Shown here one piece after another: positions 57,473-64,000 of a stretch of DNA of 64,000 nucleotides. The DNA is from a virus. The translations under genes and the position numbers were made by a program. The notes under the pieces are model-generated. The model searched no databases. It worked only from the letters and a program-made list of their open reading frames with translations, and was not told where the DNA came from. How positions within the stretch are numbered: the first letter of the stretch is position 1; each line of letters opens with the position of its first letter. The DNA lies in the IMG/VR virus record IMGVR_UViG_3300035180_001563, positions 1-64,000 of that record; one strand, written 5' to 3'.

Positions 57473-59000
57473 AACCAATTTTCCCACAATCCCACACTCT
57501 ATATATTCCATTATTTACACAATTTTGACTTTCTGACACCAATGGATCGTAGTGTTTTAAACGTTTTTTCAAACTTTTATGTCTAAAGTTAAATTTGTGA
57601 ACACGTTTACCTTGTTGGACATATTGGTAATCTGGTTTGAGTACTGTTATTACATCGAACCCATTACTCTTGTAAACCTGACCTGTGCTCCATCTATTAT
57701 CTGAAAATGTTGTTATTATGCGATAATCTGAATAATTGGTTTCAAAATTGTTTATTATCTTGGAGAATCCACCGATAACTCGTTGACTTGTGGCAAATCG
57801 AACAAGTTTATACTCATGGTTTTCATGCTTTGAAAATATGCTGGCGGCAACCAGTTCATTTGTGTTATTTCGTAATCCGATTACAATGCTTCCCTTACCA
57901 TCTCCCTGAACGTGGTTTAATTCAAAAAAACGTTTTCTGTCGGCCATCAAAATATTGTTGTCTATAGTGGTATTTCTTGCATACACGACTTGTTGAGTTG
58001 ACTTGTTTGTTAAATGTAGAATTTTGTTAAAAATTAGCTCTTTGTTTTTCCATTCATCCTCAAAAATAGTAAGTAATTGAATTCCTAATTCCTTACATCT
58101 TATATATTTTTGGTAATGGTAATTATTGTCTATCCGTTCATGTTTATCACTATGCCAATACAACCCACACAGTTCGATTGCTACATTAGCGTCGGGCAAA
58201 AAGAAATCAAGTTCTCTTGGCTTGATAACATCTCTATTATTTTTTGTAAAAACGATATTGTGTTCATTTAGAAAATCTGAAAGCTCCATCTCCCAATTTG
58301 AATGTTGGAACAATTTAGTTGAAAATCCATGTTTTTTAAGATGAACTCCAACTGTTCGATCTCCTACGTCCAATTCTTGAGCAATTACATATAAAGGTTT
58401 TTGTAAATTGTAATGTTGATCGTATAACCACTCTTTGTCATCCAATAACATTTTTGACTGTGGTGAAATTAACGAAGTACTGAAATTGTTGCAGTGATAT
58501 TTCTTATCTACCGTTACCTTTATTTTGTTTCTTATTATTGGTGAACTCCACGGATGTTCAACACCATATTTTGTGATATTTGTTAATTTTCTCTTTGTTG
58601 TGATTAGGTCAAGTTCTTCTTTACTTTTAGAACTCATCGTCTTTTTAAATTTGGCTCTAAAATTATCTAAATCAGATTTGGTTCTAAGTTCTTTAGAACT
58701 GGATATAGTGTTTCCTATACATTTACGGGATTTACATGTGCGTCCATACCTCATTTCATGTGGATCAAATGAACAAAGTGTTCCACATGAACAAATTTTT
58801 ATCATAGATGGGAATAATCTATCAAATAGTTCTTGATATGATGTAACGTTATGTGACTGGAGGTGTCGTAAAAATTGACCATTCTTACGACAATATGTGT
58901 TATTGTCTATAGGGGAAACTACATACTTTCCGACTAAATCTTCAGGTTTAACATTTGTGTTAGCTAGTTCCAGTGTGGGTTGATGTTGACAACAATTCAT
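57450..59000 (-). CDS. Vsr-like/Hef-type putative homing endonuclease (copy 5) between the terL halves
   Basis: ELDFF, IELCGLYWHS, IFEDEW, TFSDNRWS, RVWDCGK; ATG 59000 after GGAG. Confidence 0.82.
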   Translation of the reverse strand: MNCCQHQPTLELANTNVKPEDLVGKYVVSPIDNNTYCRKNGQFLRHLQSHNVTSYQELFDRLFPSMIKICSCGTLCSFDPHEMRYGRTCKSRKCIGNTISSSKELRTKSDLDNFRAKFKKTMSSKSKEELDLITTKRKLTNITKYGVEHPWSSPIIRNKIKVTVDKKYHCNNFSTSLISPQSKMLLDDKEWLYDQHYNLQKPLYVIAQELDVGDRTVGVHLKKHGFSTKLFQHSNWEMELSDFLNEHNIVFTKNNRDVIKPRELDFFLPDANVAIELCGLYWHSDKHERIDNNYHYQKYIRCKELGIQLLTIFEDEWKNKELIFNKILHLTNKSTQQVVYARNTTIDNNILMADRKRFFELNHVQGDGKGSIVIGLRNNTNELVAASIFSKHENHEYKLVRFATSQRVIGGFSKIINNFETNYSDYRIITTFSDNRWSTGQVYKSNGFDVITVLKPDYQYVQQGKRVHKFNFRHKSLKKRLKHYDPLVSESQNCVNNGIYRVWDCGKIGYGKFRVH

Positions 59001-59076
59001 ATAATTCTCCAATAGTACAAGTTTTTGTATTTCCTTGCACATCCTGTATTTCTATAATCGTATTTATACTGCAACA
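58960..59076 (-). mobile_element. Split intein N-fragment (38 aa)
   Basis: CCSINTIIEI block A ... TIGELYELL then stop, directly after QEYE. Confidence 0.88.
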
Positions 59077-59859
59077 CTCGTATTCTTGCAACCATTTGAG
59101 CTCACCAATTTTCGCTGTTTCTGTTCTTTTGAATTCCTCGTCTCGTCCAGGTGGTTCATTCCACTTAATCCAAGTTGAAACAAATCCATTTATGTCCAAC
59201 TCTGCACCTCTCCATAGTTGTGCAAAGAGGTTTGAGTCCCCATTTGGGGTTGATGTTATGATACATGCACCACCTGTTGACAGTGTTGGTGAAATAGAAG
59301 TCCAGAACAATTCTTGAATGTTTGGAGGTACGAAAGCAAACTCATCGCAATACAATAATGAGATTGACATACCACGACCAGAATCTTCTGTGGTTGCTTG
59401 AGATATAATACGGCTCCCATTATCAAAACCTATACTGTGTTTATTCCATTCATCATCAGCAACTCCCGGCTTTAACCACTGGGGTAGATTTTCGTAAGCT
59501 GTTCTAGCTCTTGATATCATTTCCATGGCATTACTGTTTTTATTTGACACTATCAATATAGTTTTATCTTCATGAAAAATAGCAAACCACAAAAGATATG
59601 CTGCTGAAGTTACAGATTTACCTGTCTGTCTTGCTGATAATACTATATTGAGTCGATTTCCATTATAACTATTGATTAACTGTTCTTGATATGGATATAG
59701 ATTGAATGGAACGATACCCTTCACAGGATGTTGAATTTTTACATAATGTTTAATGAAATATACAGGGTCAACAGAACATCTCAATAATTCATGAACTTGA
59801 TCGTTAGAATATTCAACAAGTTCATGAGCTCTTTTTATATACGGATTTTTTCTAGCCAT
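58960..59859 (-). CDS. terL: Terminase large subunit N-terminal ATPase half fused to N-intein
   Basis: LYPYQ, ARQTGKS, GRG, LYCDEFAF, STPNG, QEYE. Confidence 0.93.
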   Translation of the reverse strand: MARKNPYIKRAHELVEYSNDQVHELLRCSVDPVYFIKHYVKIQHPVKGIVPFNLYPYQEQLINSYNGNRLNIVLSARQTGKSVTSAAYLLWFAIFHEDKTILIVSNKNSNAMEMISRARTAYENLPQWLKPGVADDEWNKHSIGFDNGSRIISQATTEDSGRGMSISLLYCDEFAFVPPNIQELFWTSISPTLSTGGACIITSTPNGDSNLFAQLWRGAELDINGFVSTWIKWNEPPGRDEEFKRTETAKIGELKWLQEYECCSINTIIEIQDVQGNTKTCTIGELYELLSTSTHTGTS

Positions 59860-59909
59860 ACCCCAAACCCCATCATTTTGTTCTATTTATTGTGTAAAAT
59901 AAAGGGGTA

Positions 59910-60332
59910 TCATTTGACAGTTGAGTCTTTCAACATTTTTAATAACTCATTTCTGTCCATTATTAAATTATTATTGACTGTTTTAGGTCCTGACTCTTTT
60001 GAATTTTTCTCTTTTGCAATTTTTAGTGCAGCCTTCTCCTTTGCCGCTGACAAAGCTGTATTCAAAAAAGCGTTAGCTACTTCCATATTACGTGCACTAT
60101 ACTTTGGGTCTGACTGTGTTAACAATCCAGCTTGGTCTGCAAAAGACGTCATAGCAGCATCATATACTTCTTGAAACTGACCTTCAATTTCCCTATCCTT
60201 CTCATCGTAAGAATCGATAACAACCATATCTGTTTGAACTTGCTCTACTGTAATTTCAGTAGTACCTCGTTCAATTCCAAATATAGCTTCTAGGGGATGT
60301 TCAACTGTTTTCGTTTCAATGATTGTTTTCAT
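59910..60332 (-). CDS. Probable terminase small subunit (gp16-like)
   Basis: ARNMEVA helix, NNNLIMDRNELLK end; immediately upstream of terL. Confidence 0.6.
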   Translation of the reverse strand: MKTIIETKTVEHPLEAIFGIERGTTEITVEQVQTDMVVIDSYDEKDREIEGQFQEVYDAAMTSFADQAGLLTQSDPKYSARNMEVANAFLNTALSAAKEKAALKIAKEKNSKESGPKTVNNNLIMDRNELLKMLKDSTVK

Positions 60333-60369
60333 TACAAAACACCTCTTGCAAATGTTTCGTATTTATACC

Positions 60370-60819
60370 TTAATTTGTGAAGAGTTCTTTCTCAGTGAGG
60401 ATACGAAACACTACTCCATTATGATCACACCATCGTTTTGCACTTTCCCATTTTGCCACATTAATAGCATATGTTATTTGTTCGTAAAGGTTTGATCGTT
60501 TTGTAAGTTTAGTTTGACTTGCCGGCTTAATTTCAATTAACTCTTTATGCTCTTGACCATTTTTATCTTTAAATACAATAAAATAATCAGGAAAGTAATT
60601 ATGAACCTTCTGATCAGTACATTTAATATAAGGAATCGCTATAACTTCAGAACCCCAATAAGTAATATTTGGATTATTATCTAAGAATTTATTGAATTTT
60701 AATTCCCAAGAAGATCTGTACGTAATCTTATTAACATCTCCAATATATTTTTCAGGATGTTGTGGTTTATATAACCCCTGTAGATATGTTCGTTGCTTTT
60801 TAGGAGCTGGATCTTTCAT
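60370..60819 (-). CDS. Head completion nuclease (T4 gp4-like)
   Basis: YRSSWE, WGSE..IPY, YFPD, IEIKP, N.AKW, ILTE. Confidence 0.9.
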   Translation of the reverse strand: MKDPAPKKQRTYLQGLYKPQHPEKYIGDVNKITYRSSWELKFNKFLDNNPNITYWGSEVIAIPYIKCTDQKVHNYFPDYFIVFKDKNGQEHKELIEIKPASQTKLTKRSNLYEQITYAINVAKWESAKRWCDHNGVVFRILTEKELFTN

Positions 60820-62210
60820 AATTTAGTTTTAAACATTCCTGACGTACTTTTAACCACACTGTTAACAACTGATTTAATTTCTGAATTAACTATCTTCACT
60901 GCCGTGTTTTTAATAACGTTTTCGATATTGGTGGGTTGTAGTAGTGAATTAACATTTATGTTGTGTATTGGTGAATAAGATTTATTGTTTGAGGTTGCAG
61001 TTTTTACTATAGACGTAATCGACATAGTACTAGCAATTTTGCTTAAATTAGCAGATGATGTTTGTGAATTCATGGTTTTACTAACAACAGCAGCCATACT
61101 TGTTGTATTGTTTGTGGAGGATCCAATACCTGATAACCCAACACCAGCTTGAACAGGTAATGTTTGTGAATTCATGGTTTTACTAACAGCAGCAGCCATA
61201 ATTGTTGTATTGTTTGTGGAGGATCCAATACCTGATAACCCAACACCAGCTTGAGTAGATGATATGACAGCATCAGACATCTTTTTTGTTTCGGCCACGT
61301 TATTAGATACAAACGTATTTAAACTAGTAGAGTTATTTAATAGTGTTGAAGAGGTTACTGCTTGTTGAGTACTACTTGTATTATTACCAGCTGAGTTATT
61401 AGTACTTAAATCTTGTACTGGAAATCCGAGATTATATACCATCCCTGGACATATCTCACTAAGAGCTGTAAGCTCACTCGAATCTGTAGTTGATTTGTGT
61501 GGTTCAATGTACATTCCATCATATACAAACTCAAATGTGATTGAGTTTGTAGCACTTTCAGTCATATTAAGTTCATCAAAGGCAATATTCGTAATTTTAG
61601 GATTGAAAAAACTATATACATCCATATACTGATTAGCATCAAATAAGTGGAATACTTGAATTTTGCTGAATATTGATGTCATGTTTTCAATAGGGCTTCC
61701 ATTCTCATTCAGAAAAAAACCACTAAATGGACTCTGTTGTAGAGTACCAAAACTAGCAGAAGAGAAATTTGAGTCACTTGGTGCTGATCCAATTGAAAAA
61801 TCGAGGCCTGAAGAAACATTTTCATAATTGGGAGTGGTTCCAGCTGAACCACTAATATTAAATATCGGACTTAAACTTCTAACATAATGAACCAATGTTC
61901 CCATAGAATTGGATCCCTTATCATCATGAACAGACATGCTTACAGGATTGTATTTAACTTGTTTTGGAACTTGAGTTTTAAAGTTATACAAATTTACATC
62001 CTCATGCTCTATTTCTATTTTAGGGCGTTCGAATTTGTAAACCAATGATCCAATGGACTTAACACCTCCAAAATACTGTTGAAATGGTTCGTTTATATAG
62101 AATGCTACCGCAAAAAGAAATTTCGATTTGGGAGTAAACGAATCCGATATGTCTGTAGCATATGGGGTCATAAAAAGTTGAGTTTTAGATGTTTGATCTG
62201 TTGTTGCCAT
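60816..62210 (-). CDS. Tail-tube-like/baseplate protein with low-complexity tail
   Basis: PK.KFLF, RPK, NLYN, Y.PVS..HDD, FEFVYD; adjacent to tail tube. Confidence 0.7.
   Translation of the reverse strand: MATTDQTSKTQLFMTPYATDISDSFTPKSKFLFAVAFYINEPFQQYFGGVKSIGSLVYKFERPKIEIEHEDVNLYNFKTQVPKQVKYNPVSMSVHDDKGSNSMGTLVHYVRSLSPIFNISGSAGTTPNYENVSSGLDFSIGSAPSDSNFSSASFGTLQQSPFSGFFLNENGSPIENMTSIFSKIQVFHLFDANQYMDVYSFFNPKITNIAFDELNMTESATNSITFEFVYDGMYIEPHKSTTDSSELTALSEICPGMVYNLGFPVQDLSTNNSAGNNTSSTQQAVTSSTLLNNSTSLNTFVSNNVAETKKMSDAVISSTQAGVGLSGIGSSTNNTTIMAAAVSKTMNSQTLPVQAGVGLSGIGSSTNNTTSMAAVVSKTMNSQTSSANLSKIASTMSITSIVKTATSNNKSYSPIHNINVNSLLQPTNIENVIKNTAVKIVNSEIKSVVNSVVKSTSGMFKTKL
61058..61254. repeat. Two near-identical 95-bp direct repeats, period 102 bp, in frame
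   Basis: QAGVGLSGIGSSTNNTT.MAA.VSKTMNSQT twice. Confidence 0.9.
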
Positions 62211-62261
62211 AATAAGGTTTATCTTATAAGTATTGATTATTTATCAATACTGTACAAAAGA

Positions 62262-62290
62262 AAAAAGACCACTCAATGAGTGGTCTTTTT
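62262..62290 (-). terminator. Intrinsic terminator after tail tube gene
   Basis: AAAAAGACCACTC-AAT-GAGTGGTCTTTTT. Confidence 0.85.
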
Positions 62291-62305
62291 GTTGAGTTAT
62301 GCTGA

Positions 62306-62914
62306 TTATAAACTCGAACTGCCTGTAGCGTTAGTACTCTCAATGTTGCTGGTTGTTCCATTAATTTCTTGGACAGCATGATCGTATCTTAACGTAGTAG
62401 TAATTTCTACCTTTTCATTTGCATTATAATCAAGTTCACCGTAGTTTACTTCTTTAATCCAAGCTCCTTGTAATGTCCATGTTTCGACAACACCTTGGTT
62501 ACCATCCAACATTTCAATAGTAGCAGTGAATTTATACATACTTCCAGTTGCTGTTGCTGGTAAAAATTGTCCATCGGCACCATCATCATTTGCAATAATG
62601 CGTTTTTGACCAGTTAATTGATTTTGCACTACCTGAGAAGCGGTTCCAGTTATGTCATCTTCAAATGTAACTGTGCATTCATTCCATTTATGCTTTCCAG
62701 CTACCCATGCTACTGAGTTGTAACGATGCAATTCAATTTCATCAAATGTTAACGTTGGTCTATTAAACTTAACAACTTGATAAGATAAAGGAGATGATGT
62801 TGTTCCATACATGTCCTTAAAGGTGATACGCCAGCGGTCCTTGTGTTTTGGATGAAGAATACCTGCTGGTCCAGCACCACCAATAGGAATACCAAAATCA
62901 TTAATTGTAGCCAT
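62306..62914 (-). CDS. Tail tube protein (gp19-like)
   Basis: PKHKDRWR, RPTLTF, YNS...AGKH.W, W.LQGAWI....GELDY, LRYD. Confidence 0.88.
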   Translation of the reverse strand: MATINDFGIPIGGAGPAGILHPKHKDRWRITFKDMYGTTSSPLSYQVVKFNRPTLTFDEIELHRYNSVAWVAGKHKWNECTVTFEDDITGTASQVVQNQLTGQKRIIANDDGADGQFLPATATGSMYKFTATIEMLDGNQGVVETWTLQGAWIKEVNYGELDYNANEKVEITTTLRYDHAVQEINGTTSNIESTNATGSSSL

Positions 62915-62994
62915 AATTTGCTCCTGTTAAAAATCAATAAAATGTGTTTAAAGTATTTATGTGCACAACAAAGAAAAGTACGCTTTTCTTGAGT

Positions 62995-64000
62995 TTATTC
63001 ATACACGAATTTATACTTCCCACAATCCCACACCCTAATAACTCCATTATTGTTACAGTTTTGTTTCTCGCTTAGATTAGTATCAAAATGGTTGAGTCGT
63101 TTTTCTAAAAACTTCCTTCTGAAATTGAATTTATGTATTCTGTTAAGTCCATCTAGTGAATATGTGTAATCCGGTGGAATGACTTCAACAAACTTCCACC
63201 CACAACGTTCATACATCTTTCCAACACTCCAACGAGCATCAGCGAAGCTGATTACTGGAATGTTAGAATTTTTGATGTTTTTAACAAAGTGTTTAAATAA
63301 TTTGTCAAAACCTCCAATTATGGTATGAGTGGTTGCATACCTGTTAAGATAGTAACATTCATCCCTGGAAATAAAGGACATTACTGCAACAATGACATTA
63401 TCATAATGTAGTGCTAAATTTATAGAACCTGGACCATTGCCCTGGATGTGATTTTTTTCAAAAAATTCTCTCTTTTCATGTGTTGTTATCGTTTTGATGG
63501 AACATTTTCTAGCATATGTAGTTTTTTCACTCAAATTAAGTAAGTGTAATATTTTTCTTTTAACTTGGTCTTTTCTAAATAACCACTCATCCTCAAAAAT
63601 GGTAAGAAGTTGTATATTTAGATTTTTACATAAATTGTGTTTATTTGAATGATACTGTTTATCTTTGTAAACATCAGAATGCCAATACACTCCACAATAT
63701 TCTATAGCTAAATTAAATGAGGGGATGTATATATCCAATTCTAATGGAGAAATAATAGATCTTGTATTTGTTTTAAACTGTATATTGTGTTCAATTAAAA
63801 ATTCAGCAATTTCTTTTTCTCCACTACTTCTTGAAAAATTCTTAATTTCAATATTGTGCCTTTTCATATATGTTGACACAATACTGACATCTACTCCAAC
63901 TATCGCGGCGATCTCTGTTAGTGTCCTTTGTTGAGTGTGATGTGTTAGATACAACCATGAAGCATCATTAAGTAAGTCAATTTGTTTTCCTTGTTGCCAT
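62995..64000 (-). CDS. Vsr-like/Hef-type putative homing endonuclease (copy 6, 5' end outside window)
   Basis: ELDIY, IEYCGVYWHS, IFEDEW, SFADARWS, RVWDCGK; frame open to window edge. Confidence 0.8.
   Translation of the reverse strand, partial: WQQGKQIDLLNDASWLYLTHHTQQRTLTEIAAIVGVDVSIVSTYMKRHNIEIKNFSRSSGEKEIAEFLIEHNIQFKTNTRSIISPLELDIYIPSFNLAIEYCGVYWHSDVYKDKQYHSNKHNLCKNLNIQLLTIFEDEWLFRKDQVKRKILHLLNLSEKTTYARKCSIKTITTHEKREFFEKNHIQGNGPGSINLALHYDNVIVAVMSFISRDECYYLNRYATTHTIIGGFDKLFKHFVKNIKNSNIPVISFADARWSVGKMYERCGWKFVEVIPPDYTYSLDGLNRIHKFNFRRKFLEKRLNHFDTNLSEKQNCNNNGVIRVWDCGKYKFVYE

Noticed and set aside
57450-59042. Group I intron or frameshifted contiguous intein in terL
   Set aside because: The three ORFs overlap with no room for intron core structure, and the break matches the known atypical TerL split position.

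Overview
AT-rich fragment of a T4-superfamily jumbo myophage, almost entirely on the minus strand and read with the standard code. Right to left: tail tube, head-completion and terminase genes; a long block of Thr/Gly/Ser-rich fibre proteins; a recombination/replication block (gp32, UvsX, UvsY, UvsW, DnaE-like fragment, GroES, clamp loader); a second fibre block; a tRNA region (about 7.9-13.3 kb); and auxiliary genes (QueE, Prs, QueD-like, SleB-like hydrolase, TraR/DksA). Six paralogous Vsr-like/Hef-type endonucleases sit at gene junctions, one between the halves of a terminase gene fractured by an atypically split intein. The most striking feature is absent from the ORF track. Upstream of the tRNA array lie a sigma70-type promoter, a 33-codon leader ORF (13475-13374) and a terminator/antiterminator pair. 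The first 23 leader codons use only the eight amino acids (M,T,F,A,E,H,P,W) whose tRNAs the array encodes, which suggests a ribosome-coupled attenuator that switches phage tRNAs on when those tRNAs run short. The array also holds several remodelled tRNA-like RNAs. All calls are by eye; no searches or folding programs were run.
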